Shown here piece by piece: positions 10,027-19,820 of a DNA stretch of 64,000 nucleotides. The DNA lies in the IMG/VR virus record IMGVR_UViG_3300017991_000052, one strand, 5' to 3'. Positions within the stretch are counted from its first letter, which is position 1. Every line of letters begins with the position of its first letter. This stretch comes from a virus. The notes beneath the pieces were generated by a model, which worked only from the letters and a program-made list of their open reading frames with translations, did not search any database and was not told where the DNA came from. The translations under genes and the position numbers were made by a program.

Positions 10027-13000
10027 ATGACAGGCCTAAACATATATCCAAGTGATTACGATACATGGTCAACAAAAGTTGATAATGTCAATCGTATTTT
10101 TGCTGATCATGTAAATAAATTACAAGATGTAGTAGAAGCGATTGAATATGAACTTGGACTTGGCCCAAAAGGTGCTACATCAAATGTAGCTGCAAGATTA
10201 GATACATCTCATGATATATATGGTAATAATGTAGATAGATTTTATAATAATTCTGGAAGAACATTAAATATCGGGGAAGTTGTTGTTGCAGATAAAACTC
10301 AAGCACAATCTATAACTGTTAGTGGAGCTTTATATAATGAAGAAGTTATTGGAGTTGTAACTGAAGCGACTGCAGCTGGATTATTAACACCTATTGCGAC
10401 ATTGGGTAATGTTGGAACTTATGTTACTGCTGAAACTGGGGACATTAGTCCTGGGGATTGGTTAACAACTGCTTCTACTCCTGGATATGCAACTAAAGCT
10501 CTTGCTGATACTCAAGTATTTTTAGGAAAAGCTAATACAACTATTTCAGCTGGCACTTCTGGAATATATTCAATATTTGTAAGAGTTGGTGCTAGTGGAT
10601 TACCAGAACATACCCATAGTGGAATTACTGGGTCTGGTGGGTTATTAGGTGATAATGTTGTTGATAATAGAATATTAGATAATACAGATGATTATACAGT
10701 TCATAGTTTAACTGTTTCTGGAGATCTAATTGTTAGTAATTTAGGTGGAGATACTCTTAATATAACTGGAAATTCATATTTAGGAAATGATGCTTCTGAT
10801 TTAACTCAAATATCTGGTAATCTTTATATTGCTGAAAATACTGGTATTCCAGTATCAAATGGAGCTATTTATTTGGGACGTGCTGGTGGTTGGACATATT
10901 ACTTAAGATATAATTCTGCAGAAGGAAGATTTGAATTAAATGCTCCTCTTTATATTGGAGGACTTTTTAGTGCAGATTATTTACAATCTTATAATGATGC
11001 TATTATTTGGGGAAATACTTCTGTAAATACAATTTCTACTTCTGGTAATGCTGAATTTGGAAATGATGTTGTAATACATGGGGATCTTTATGTAGAAGGT
11101 ACAGAATATGTAACAGAAACAGAAGTTTTAACTGGAGATCAAGTTATTACTGGTTCTTTATATGTTTCTGGTAATACATATTTAGGAAGTGATTCTACAG
11201 ATACTGTTTATGTGTCAGGAGATTTAGCTGCTGCTGGAACAATATCTGCTTCAGCATTAAATATTGCAGACAATTCAATTTTTCAAAGTGATTTAACTAT
11301 TGAAGGTGATTTATATGTAAATGGTACGGAATACATTACTAATACTGAGATTATTTCTGGGGATCAAATAATTGGTGATGAATTATGGGTTAAAGGAAAC
11401 TCATATTTAGGAAATGAATTAACTGATACAACTTTTGTATCTGGAGACTTATATGTTGGTGGAATAGTTCATGGATCAAGTCCATTAAAAATTGGTGATG
11501 ATTTGAACATGAATAGTAATAAGATTGCAAGTTTAGGAGAACCAAATGATAATTCAGATGCAACAACTAAAAATTATGTAGATACTCTTGTTGCGGCAAC
11601 TTCAGGACAAGGTGGAGGTGGAGGAGCCTCACTTATTACTGGAGTATTAGGTGAAACAATAGATATTGGGCAACCTGCATATCAAGCAGAATCTGATAGT
11701 AAATGGTATTTAGCTCAAGCTATTGATGGAAAATTAACAAGTTTATCTATTTGTCAAGCCGGTGGAAATGCTGATGATACTGGAACATTTATGAGATATG
11801 GTGAAATTACTTCTGCAACATCAGTTACTTCTGGTAAAGAATTATATGTTTCACAAGATACTCCAGGAGAATTAATTGATGTAGTTCCTGAAACTGGTAT
11901 TATATCATTTATTGGAGTAGGTAAAGAAAACGATAAAATAGATGTTGCAATTGGATTAACATCATATACTATTAATAGTACTGGCGGTGGAGGTACTGGA
12001 ACTGGAATATTAACAGGAACTCTTGGAGAAGCAGCTAGTGCTGGTCAACCAGTATATCAACAAGAATCTGACGGAAAATGGTATCTTGCTCAAGCTGTTG
12101 AAAATATGGTATCATCATTATCTATAGTAAAAGTTGGTGGCGGATCTGGAGCAACTGCAAGTCTTGTGAGATATGCAGAAGTTACTGGATTAGATAATTA
12201 TCCATCAAATAAAGAATTATATCTTTCTCAAGATTCACCTGGGGTTTTAACTGATACAGTTCCAGCTTGTGGAATTAAAATATATACAGGTATTACACGC
12301 GGCCCTGATACAATGGATGTTGTTATTGGAGTTATTGGCGGATCTATTAGTGGTGGATCTGGTGGTACAGGGACTGGGGTTACTGAAGGTGAACTTGGTG
12401 AAACTGTAGCAAAAGGACAACCTGTTTATCAAAATAGTTTAGACGGTAAGTGGTATCTTGCACAAGGTGTTAGCGGAAAAATATCTTCATTATCTGTATG
12501 TATTTTAGGCGGAAGTTCAGGAGCAACAGGACAATTTATTAGATATGGAGAAATTACTGGACTCACTGGATTACCTGATAGTAATGAAATATATTTATCG
12601 CAAGAAAATGCTGGTGAATTTGTTGAAACTGCATCTCCATCTGGAGTTGTTGCTTATATTGGTGTAAGTAGGGGTACAACCGAACTTGATGTTGCAATTG
12701 GAATTACTTCTTATGCTTCTAGTGCTTCTGGGAATGTTGAAGTACAAGGACAAATTTATTCACCATCTGTAGATCATGGAGATGTTAGTGGAGCATTTGA
12801 TCTTAATTGGAATGATGGAAATGTTCATACAATTTCTTTAACTGATAATGCTACAGGTAATTTAATACATGCATTTAATGGTGCAAGTTATGTACTTACT
12901 GTAACTCAAGGAACATCTGGGAATAATCTTAATTTTGTTCAAGCAATTAAATGGCCTGGTGGAGAAACATATGTACCAACAACAACTCAAGGAAGTGTTG

Positions 13001-13065
13001 ATGTTCTGAATTTTATTTATGCAAATAGTACTTATTATGGTGCTTATATGCAGGATATGTCATGA
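10027..13065 (+). CDS. Long modular tail fibre/decoration protein
   Basis: Anchor domain, two TEIISGDQII-type shaft repeats, DATTKNYVD, three copies of the GQPVYQ/DGKWYLA domain, C-terminal LTVTQG...KWPGG...DVLNF domain. Confidence 0.75.
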   Translation: MTGLNIYPSDYDTWSTKVDNVNRIFADHVNKLQDVVEAIEYELGLGPKGATSNVAARLDTSHDIYGNNVDRFYNNSGRTLNIGEVVVADKTQAQSITVSGALYNEEVIGVVTEATAAGLLTPIATLGNVGTYVTAETGDISPGDWLTTASTPGYATKALADTQVFLGKANTTISAGTSGIYSIFVRVGASGLPEHTHSGITGSGGLLGDNVVDNRILDNTDDYTVHSLTVSGDLIVSNLGGDTLNITGNSYLGNDASDLTQISGNLYIAENTGIPVSNGAIYLGRAGGWTYYLRYNSAEGRFELNAPLYIGGLFSADYLQSYNDAIIWGNTSVNTISTSGNAEFGNDVVIHGDLYVEGTEYVTETEVLTGDQVITGSLYVSGNTYLGSDSTDTVYVSGDLAAAGTISASALNIADNSIFQSDLTIEGDLYVNGTEYITNTEIISGDQIIGDELWVKGNSYLGNELTDTTFVSGDLYVGGIVHGSSPLKIGDDLNMNSNKIASLGEPNDNSDATTKNYVDTLVAATSGQGGGGGASLITGVLGETIDIGQPAYQAESDSKWYLAQAIDGKLTSLSICQAGGNADDTGTFMRYGEITSATSVTSGKELYVSQDTPGELIDVVPETGIISFIGVGKENDKIDVAIGLTSYTINSTGGGGTGTGILTGTLGEAASAGQPVYQQESDGKWYLAQAVENMVSSLSIVKVGGGSGATASLVRYAEVTGLDNYPSNKELYLSQDSPGVLTDTVPACGIKIYTGITRGPDTMDVVIGVIGGSISGGSGGTGTGVTEGELGETVAKGQPVYQNSLDGKWYLAQGVSGKISSLSVCILGGSSGATGQFIRYGEITGLTGLPDSNEIYLSQENAGEFVETASPSGVVAYIGVSRGTTELDVAIGITSYASSASGNVEVQGQIYSPSVDHGDVSGAFDLNWNDGNVHTISLTDNATGNLIHAFNGASYVLTVTQGTSGNNLNFVQAIKWPGGETYVPTTTQGSVDVLNFIYANSTYYGAYMQDMS

Positions 13066-14048
13066 CAGCCTATTATAATTTAGGAGCATTTTTAGGGTAA
13101 TATTATCCTCCATTTGGTAATGGAAGTGATGGAGAAGTTATTTTAGGGTCTGGATCGGTAACTTTAAAAAGTATTTATGAAGATGATGATGTATCTGGAG
13201 TTACTACTTGGAGAGGTACAGATAAAGGATTAAATCACGGAACAGATTCTTATTTACCATATAGAAATAAAACATTTGGTAATTGTCGTAATGTTCCCAA
13301 TTTTACTAATTTTACTATAAATAATGGTGCAACTTTAACAATTGATGCTTTAGGAGAAGGGACAGATTTAAATAATGGAGTAGCTTGGTTTTGTTGTACT
13401 GGAACTTGTACAAATAGTGGAGCAATAGATTTAGCAGCAAAAGGATGGATAGGCGCTCCTTGGACATGGGGAGATAGCGAGAACGGAAGAGGTCCAGGTG
13501 GCGGTATAAATGGTAGAGGTGGAAGTAACCCTCCGCCATATGGAGGAACTGGTGGACCAATTTATGGATCTACTAATATTCCTAAAAAACCATGGGAAAA
13601 TTTATTTGGTTCAGGTGCTTCCGCTGGTGGAGGTGCCGTTTATGATGATTCTTGGTATGGTGGTGGCGGAGCTGGAGCGGGTCATAGAAGTGTTGGTGAA
13701 GATGGTTCAGATGGATTAGCAAAAACACCACAAACTGCGGGTCCTTCAAGTGGTATACCAGGAAATGGTGGAGGCGCATTAAGAATATATGCAGTTAATT
13801 TTAATACAGAGAGTGGAACAATTAGTGTAAATGGACAAAATGCAGTAAATGGACATGCTGGTGGCGGTTCAGGTGGAACAGTTTATATAAAAACATTAAA
13901 CGGTAAGTTAGGAACAAATAAAATTACTTCTACAGGTGGAATTGGATTAACTGACTGGGCTAGTTCGGTAGGTGGGGATGGTTCAGAAGGAAGAATTCAT
14001 ATTGATGGACCATATACTGGAAGTACAACTACTCCACCAATTGAATAA
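13062..14048 (+). pseudogene. Glycine-rich adhesin-like protein, copy 2, interrupted by an in-frame TAA at codon 13 (13098-13100)
   Basis: ATG overlaps the upstream stop (ATGA); reads MTAYYNLGAFLG*YYPPFGNGSDG...GVTTWRGTDKGLNHG...GRIHIDGPYTGSTTTPPIE, collinear with 8625 and 30761; missed by the ORF track. Confidence 0.85.
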
Positions 14049-14065
14049 AATAAAAAAGGAGAATT

Positions 14066-14878
14066 ATGATGGTTAGAGGAGATGGAGGTCTTATAAATGT
14101 ACCCGTTGGCGGTGTTGGGGGAGAAGCGTTTGACCCATCCCAAACTCTTACGCTAACAAATCCAGGAACAGGATTAGTTGTTGAAGGCGATTCTGTAATG
14201 CAGAGTGCTTTATATGCTGTAGATGAAATAATTTTTGCAGATGGAACTTCAATGACAACTGCTTCTTCTGGTGGCGGCGGAGGAGGGGGAGAAAATCTCT
14301 CTCAAACATTAGCTATTGGTAATTCAGCTGGATCCTATACAATTGATATGAACAGCCAAAAGATAACAAATGTCGCAACACCGACAAATAGTGGAGATGG
14401 CGTAAATATTGATTATGTATTAACACAATCTGAAGCAACTTCAGGGAATGCTTTGGGGCAAGCACAAGCTTATACAGATACAGCTTCAGGGAATCTCGCT
14501 TCTTATATAGATGTAAGAGATCAATGGGTATATGATAATGTCCCAAAAGGAATAACTTGGAATGAAGTTACAGGAACTTCTCAAGGGATGTCAGTAGGAA
14601 ATGGTTATATAGCAAATAATGCATCAAGAGTAACTTTAACATTACCTTCAACTTGTGCAGTTGGAAGTATTGTTGCTTCTATTGGTAAAGGCGCTGGTGG
14701 TTGGAAAATAGCACAAAATTCTGGACAACAAATACATTTCATTAATGTAAGTACAACATCAGGAACAAGTGGATATGTTCAATCAACAAATCAATATGAT
14801 GGTTGTGAAATAATTTGTATTACTGCAAATACTACATTTGCTATTAGAAATTCAGTTGGTACTTTAGAGGTAAATTAA
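14066..14878 (+). CDS. Short tail fibre/decoration protein
   Basis: GNSAGSYTIDMN module, AYTDTASGN repeat, C-terminal TLTLP...GAGGWKIAQN domain. Confidence 0.65.
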   Translation: MMVRGDGGLINVPVGGVGGEAFDPSQTLTLTNPGTGLVVEGDSVMQSALYAVDEIIFADGTSMTTASSGGGGGGGENLSQTLAIGNSAGSYTIDMNSQKITNVATPTNSGDGVNIDYVLTQSEATSGNALGQAQAYTDTASGNLASYIDVRDQWVYDNVPKGITWNEVTGTSQGMSVGNGYIANNASRVTLTLPSTCAVGSIVASIGKGAGGWKIAQNSGQQIHFINVSTTSGTSGYVQSTNQYDGCEIICITANTTFAIRNSVGTLEVN

Positions 14879-14880
14879 TT

Positions 14881-15849
14881 ATGGCGATAAAACGTAGTGG
14901 AGATGTTTTACAAATATCTTCATCAGCTAAATCTTCTACAATATCTGCTACAGGACAAATGTATTATGAGACAGATACTCATAAAATAAAATTTGTTATT
15001 GTTGGTGGTGCTGCTGGTTGGACTAGCGGAGGAAATTTAAATAATGCTAGAGGGGCTGGAATTGGTGGTGCAGGGACTTTAAATGAAACATTATCTTTTG
15101 GTGGAGGTACTGGTATTAGTGCTTTTTCTGCTAAAACTGAAGAATATAATGGAGCATCCTGGACAAACAGTAATGATTTATCTACGGCGAAATATTTTGT
15201 TGGTGAGGCAGGTACTCAAAATGCTGGGTTATGTGCAGGTGGAAGTACTGATGTAGGTGTTTATACTGCCGTAACAGAAGAATATGATGGAGCGTCTTGG
15301 TCTGGAGGTGGTGCTCTTAGTACTGCCAGACAAGGAATGGGTGGTTGTGGGACTCAAAATGAAGCATTAACATTTGGTGGTAATAATGGCGGGCATTTAG
15401 CAACTACTGAAGAATACAATGGTGCGTCATGGTCATCTGGAGGAAATTTATTAGATTCAAGAAATAGTACTTCAGGATGTGGAACACAAAATTCAGCACT
15501 TTGTGCTGGTGGATATGATGGTTCTTATAAACCTGTTTCAGAAGAATATAATGGTTCGTCATGGTCAAATGGTGGAACAATGAACACGGGATATGGAATG
15601 CTTGCAACTTTCGGGGTACAGGGTGACGCAATTTCTGCAGGTGGAGATACTGGAAGTCCAAGTTCTAGTTGTGAGAGATATAACGGGACTTCTTGGTCTA
15701 TTATGCAAAGTTTAAATACTGCAAGAAGAGCAGCTGGACCTGGAGGAGTTACTTCTGCAGGATTAACTTTTGGTGGCGGATGGTTATTTGATACTTATTT
15801 AAGTTCTACAGAAGAAATTACTGGGGCTGTAGAGAGGTATATACAATGA
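14881..15849 (+). CDS. Kelch-like beta-propeller protein 1
   Basis: About six repeats of GG...TEEY(N/D)G.SW..GG.L..AR. Confidence 0.8.
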   Translation: MAIKRSGDVLQISSSAKSSTISATGQMYYETDTHKIKFVIVGGAAGWTSGGNLNNARGAGIGGAGTLNETLSFGGGTGISAFSAKTEEYNGASWTNSNDLSTAKYFVGEAGTQNAGLCAGGSTDVGVYTAVTEEYDGASWSGGGALSTARQGMGGCGTQNEALTFGGNNGGHLATTEEYNGASWSSGGNLLDSRNSTSGCGTQNSALCAGGYDGSYKPVSEEYNGSSWSNGGTMNTGYGMLATFGVQGDAISAGGDTGSPSSSCERYNGTSWSIMQSLNTARRAAGPGGVTSAGLTFGGGWLFDTYLSSTEEITGAVERYIQ

Positions 15850-16028
15850 TAATACAAAATTCTTCAGCATTTAAAGTTCCAATTATAACATCAACAACTG
15901 CACCAACAACTGGTGAAGAAGTTTCAGGAGCATTTTTAGGATATATGTGGTATGAAACAGACACTGCTAAATTAAAAGCATTTGTTGACGATAATAATGG
16001 AACACCATTAATAAAGGAATTAAATTAA
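15846..16028 (+). CDS. Small virion protein with YETDT motif
   Basis: WYETDTAKLK is shared with the N-termini of both Kelch proteins; coupled overlap. Confidence 0.55.
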   Translation: MIIQNSSAFKVPIITSTTAPTTGEEVSGAFLGYMWYETDTAKLKAFVDDNNGTPLIKELN

Positions 16029-16029
16029 T

Positions 16030-17019
16030 ATGAGTTATCAAAACAATGATAATTTTAAATATATACATATGACAACTTCAGCATCAAGTGGGGATTTTAC
16101 AATTACCGGTAATGAAGGAATAATTTTTTATGAAACAGATACTGAAGCATTAAAAGTATTTATTACTTCTGGTGGATGGAGCTCTGGTGGTAATTTAATA
16201 ACTGCACGTCCAGGATTAGCGGGTGCAGGATTGCAAGATGTTGGACTTTGTTTTGGAGGTCAAACTGCAGAAGCTCCATATTATAGAGATGAAACAGAAG
16301 AATATGATGGAAGTTCATGGGCAAGCGGTGGAGATTTAGTAACTGGTAGAGGTTCTCCAAGCGGAGCTGGTACTCAAAATGCTGGACTTTGTATTGGCGG
16401 ACAAAATGCTGGTTCTCTTAGTTCTTGTGAAGAGTACGATGGAGCATCATGGTCAAGCGGTGGAGATACTATAACTGCAAGAAATGGCGGCGCAGGTGCA
16501 GGAACTCAAACAGCTGGATTAGTTTTTGGTGGAACTGGTGCAGGACTTACTTCTGAAGAATATAATGGATCAACTTGGGCAACAGGTGGTTCTTTATCTT
16601 GGTCAAGAATGACTCCTGCGAGTGCAGGTATACAGACAGATGCTTTAGCAATTGCAGGATATGTTTCAATTGATGCTTCTGTATTATGTGAATCTTATGA
16701 TGGTGCTTCATGGAGTAGTGCAGGAAGTTTAAGTCAAAAAAGATATACTACAGCGGGATGTGGTGCAGATAGTAGTAATGCATTAGTATTTGGAGGTCTT
16801 TCTGGAAGTACAGTTCTTTCAAGTACAGAAATATACAATGGATCAAATTGGGCAAATACTGGTTCATTAAATAGTGCAAGAAGATATTTAGGCGGGGCAG
16901 GAACAACCTTAGCAGGATTAAGTATGGGTGGAAATGCAGTTGGAAGTACTTCTGGAAATACAAATGTTACAGAAGAATATAGTGGCAGTTCTACAGTAAC
17001 AGTTCCAACAGCAGAATAA
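16030..17019 (+). CDS. Kelch-like beta-propeller protein 2
   Basis: Same repeat as 14881; paralog. Confidence 0.8.
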   Translation: MSYQNNDNFKYIHMTTSASSGDFTITGNEGIIFYETDTEALKVFITSGGWSSGGNLITARPGLAGAGLQDVGLCFGGQTAEAPYYRDETEEYDGSSWASGGDLVTGRGSPSGAGTQNAGLCIGGQNAGSLSSCEEYDGASWSSGGDTITARNGGAGAGTQTAGLVFGGTGAGLTSEEYNGSTWATGGSLSWSRMTPASAGIQTDALAIAGYVSIDASVLCESYDGASWSSAGSLSQKRYTTAGCGADSSNALVFGGLSGSTVLSSTEIYNGSNWANTGSLNSARRYLGGAGTTLAGLSMGGNAVGSTSGNTNVTEEYSGSSTVTVPTAE

Positions 17020-17037
17020 ATAAAGGAGTAAAGTAAA

Positions 17038-17820
17038 ATGAATAACAATACTATTTCTATACCTATGTATTCTGAAGAAAGTTTAGAGACAATTAAAGAA
17101 AGTCAATTTTTACCAAAAGAAGACTTTAAAGAATTAGAACAATTAAGAAGCGAATTGCAAGATACATTTGAAAAGAAACAAATGTGGAGAACAGAAACTG
17201 AAATGAGAATTTCTGTTCTTAATGATATTAAATTCCCAACAAATGCTTCTAAATACTGGCAATCAGTTAGAGAGCAATCTGTATTTTTTGAGAATTTAGT
17301 AACACTTTCGTTTGAATATAGAAGAAATAATATAAAAATAAAAAAATTAATGAAAGAAATTGAACAAGCAAAAAATGATTTTGAAAAAGAAGAAAAACAA
17401 ATTGATTTAGATGAGGCATTATTTTCAAAAAAGAATATGGAATTAGCTGCCAAAGATAGAATGAGAGAAATAAAACTTTGGAGTAAAATTAAAAAAGAAC
17501 TTGATAATAATACTTTTGATACTCACAATGTTAATAATCATCAACTTATAAGTTATGGTCAGAGATTTCTTAAAATGGGACTTAATTTAAAACATTCTCC
17601 CAATGCTAATACCGGAGAGGTTAATAATATATTGGGGCAAATGATAACAACATTAAAAGTCGCAAAGGATAATGGAGTTGAAGATGAGATTCTTAAAGCA
17701 TTAACTCCAAATGAACAACAAGAAATTATTAATTATATGAAAATAAGCACTGGAATAGATTTATCTAAAAATTTACCAGAAGGTAAACCACAGTTAAGAA
17801 TTTTGGAGGGTAAACAATGA
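17038..17820 (+). CDS. Coiled-coil hypothetical protein (possible fibre chaperone)
   Basis: Charged helical composition; PTNASKYWQSVREQ; follows the Kelch genes. Confidence 0.5.
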   Translation: MNNNTISIPMYSEESLETIKESQFLPKEDFKELEQLRSELQDTFEKKQMWRTETEMRISVLNDIKFPTNASKYWQSVREQSVFFENLVTLSFEYRRNNIKIKKLMKEIEQAKNDFEKEEKQIDLDEALFSKKNMELAAKDRMREIKLWSKIKKELDNNTFDTHNVNNHQLISYGQRFLKMGLNLKHSPNANTGEVNNILGQMITTLKVAKDNGVEDEILKALTPNEQQEIINYMKISTGIDLSKNLPEGKPQLRILEGKQ

Positions 17821-18089
17821 CACACAAATATTATGTTGCTGAATGTTATGGACAAGGGTTTATAACACATGATCATCAAGAAGAAGATAATCTTCAATTT
17901 GAAGGATTTCCTGGTAATGTATGGCTTGTTAGATCATCTACTGAAGAGAATTCAGGCAATATATTAACTTGGGCAGCTGGAGTAAGTGGTGAAGAAAAAA
18001 CTCTTTCAGAGGCTCAAAATATTGTAGACGCAACAAATCCTACTGATATAGAAGGTAATCCAATAACAATAACAGTTCCTGCGTCATAA
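17817..18089 (+). CDS. Hypothetical protein
   Basis: 90-aa ORF, ATGA overlap, GGAGG RBS. Confidence 0.6.
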   Translation: MTHKYYVAECYGQGFITHDHQEEDNLQFEGFPGNVWLVRSSTEENSGNILTWAAGVSGEEKTLSEAQNIVDATNPTDIEGNPITITVPAS

Positions 18090-18108
18090 AAGATAAGGAG
18101 GATAAGTT

Positions 18109-18426
18109 ATGTGGGTAAAGATAGTAGAATTTTTGCTTAATCAAGGTCTTGCGGGGATTGCAATACTGGCATTAGGTGGTGCTGCTTGGATTTTTTATAA
18201 AGATAATCAAAAAAAAGAAGTATCACATCATGGAGAAAAAAAAGAAATAACAGAAAAGTTTATTCAATTATCTAATGAAGCGGTAAAATATATACAAGAA
18301 AATACTTCAAGTCTTAAAGAATTACGAGAAGATATAAAAGAAGATCGACATGCGCGCGAAAGAGTTAATGAGAGAATGTTACAAGCATTGCAAGATGCAA
18401 TAAGGGATTATAGAAGAGGAGAATAA
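18109..18426 (+). CDS. Holin-like membrane protein
   Basis: One N-terminal TM helix followed by a charged coiled coil (BhlA-like architecture). Confidence 0.5.
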   Translation: MWVKIVEFLLNQGLAGIAILALGGAAWIFYKDNQKKEVSHHGEKKEITEKFIQLSNEAVKYIQENTSSLKELREDIKEDRHARERVNERMLQALQDAIRDYRRGE

Positions 18427-18428
18427 TA

Positions 18429-18767
18429 ATGAATATGGTTTTTATAGTATTTGCAATAATGATGTTTATTAGTTTTCTTATTGCATCAAGATTAACATAC
18501 ACTTTTTTTAAATTAGCTGAAATAATGAAAAGCAAAAAGAATTTAGCTAAATTTTTAGGGTATTTTTCATCAGCCGGTGCGATTGTTGCATTATCAGTTT
18601 TAGCAACAAATATTATGAGTATTTTTGCTAGTACTGTTGATAGATATGTAACTTATCTTGTATATAGCTCAATTGGCACGCTTATTAATATATCTGTATT
18701 TGTATGTTCTTTAATTCTATTTTATATAGTAGAAATTAAAAACGGCAATGGTAAATCTATTAAATAA
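18429..18767 (+). CDS. Three-TM membrane protein (holin candidate)
   Basis: Three hydrophobic helices and a basic C-terminus. Confidence 0.5.
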   Translation: MNMVFIVFAIMMFISFLIASRLTYTFFKLAEIMKSKKNLAKFLGYFSSAGAIVALSVLATNIMSIFASTVDRYVTYLVYSSIGTLINISVFVCSLILFYIVEIKNGNGKSIK

Positions 18768-18778
18768 AGGCAACTTAA

Positions 18779-19207
18779 ATGGGTGTAACAGGAACAGGAC
18801 AACCTTATGTAAATCCGGGTGATATAATACAACGTCGCTGGCAAACACCAGCTGATGCAGATAGAGTTACGCTTGTTGATGAAAATGGCAATCTTATAAA
18901 TGAAAGTCACCCATTACCAACATCAGCGACAATAGAATTAAGTGGAGTTAATATTGAAGCTGTCGCTATTAAAGATGGTACAACAGATTCTCAAAGAGCA
19001 GCAGTTGATAGCGATGGAAGTTTACACGTAAAAATTCAAGAAGTAGAACCTTTATCCGCTACAACTGTCAATCCTTCATATATATATACTTGGACAGGAA
19101 ATAATCTCACAAAAATTAGAAAAACAATTGGATCTAATAGTTGGGAAAAAACCTTGTCATATACTAATAATAATTTGACAAGCGTTAGCGGATGGGTTTC
19201 AGTATGA
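18779..19207 (+). CDS. Virion structural protein
   Basis: C-terminal YTWTGNNLT/YTNNNLT beta-repeat; context. Confidence 0.55.
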   Translation: MGVTGTGQPYVNPGDIIQRRWQTPADADRVTLVDENGNLINESHPLPTSATIELSGVNIEAVAIKDGTTDSQRAAVDSDGSLHVKIQEVEPLSATTVNPSYIYTWTGNNLTKIRKTIGSNSWEKTLSYTNNNLTSVSGWVSV

Positions 19208-19806
19208 CATGGCATAAACACGAAGTATTAGATTTAGAACATGGAGAAATTAGAGGATTAGCACTTCCCGTCGAAACTGATGGTACTTCTGGTGAGTATT
19301 TAAGTAAAGTAAGTGATGATACAGCAGAAGGAACAATAACTTTTAATAAAGATATTATTCTTACACCAACAACTACTCCAAGTGGTTCTGAAGATGGAAG
19401 AATAACTTATTCACAAGGTGATTTATTTGTTTATGATAGTACAAGAACTAAATGGATAAGTTTATCGAGAAGAAATTTTGTTTTTAGTAGAGATGGGCAA
19501 AATCAATCATCTCAGTTTTTAAAAATTGGTGGAGTAGTTACTTCTGTAACTGGGTTAAAGATGCCAAGAAATGGTACTATTTTAAGAATAATAGCTAATT
19601 CAAGAAATAATTCAAATGTAACTTATGAAGTAAGAAAAAATGGAACACCATTAGCATCTCTAGTAATTTCAGGGACACAAGGTGGATTTAATAATTATAT
19701 AAATGTAGATTTTAATGCGAATGATGATTTAAAGATATATATGAATGTAACTTCAGGCAGAGTTGATTATCCTGTAGTATGGATAGAAATAGCGTGGAGA
19801 ATTTAA
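19204..19806 (+). CDS. Virion protein, paralog of the C-terminal domain of 19821
   Basis: YD..R.KW.S, GGVV.S.TG..MP..GTI and V.YP.VW are shared with 19821. Confidence 0.6.
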   Translation: MTWHKHEVLDLEHGEIRGLALPVETDGTSGEYLSKVSDDTAEGTITFNKDIILTPTTTPSGSEDGRITYSQGDLFVYDSTRTKWISLSRRNFVFSRDGQNQSSQFLKIGGVVTSVTGLKMPRNGTILRIIANSRNNSNVTYEVRKNGTPLASLVISGTQGGFNNYINVDFNANDDLKIYMNVTSGRVDYPVVWIEIAWRI

Positions 19807-19820
19807 AAAGGAGGTAAATC

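Noticed and set aside
13098-13100. Stop-codon reassignment (alternative genetic code)
   Set aside because: TAA, TAG and TGA all terminate genes normally here; only one in-frame stop was found
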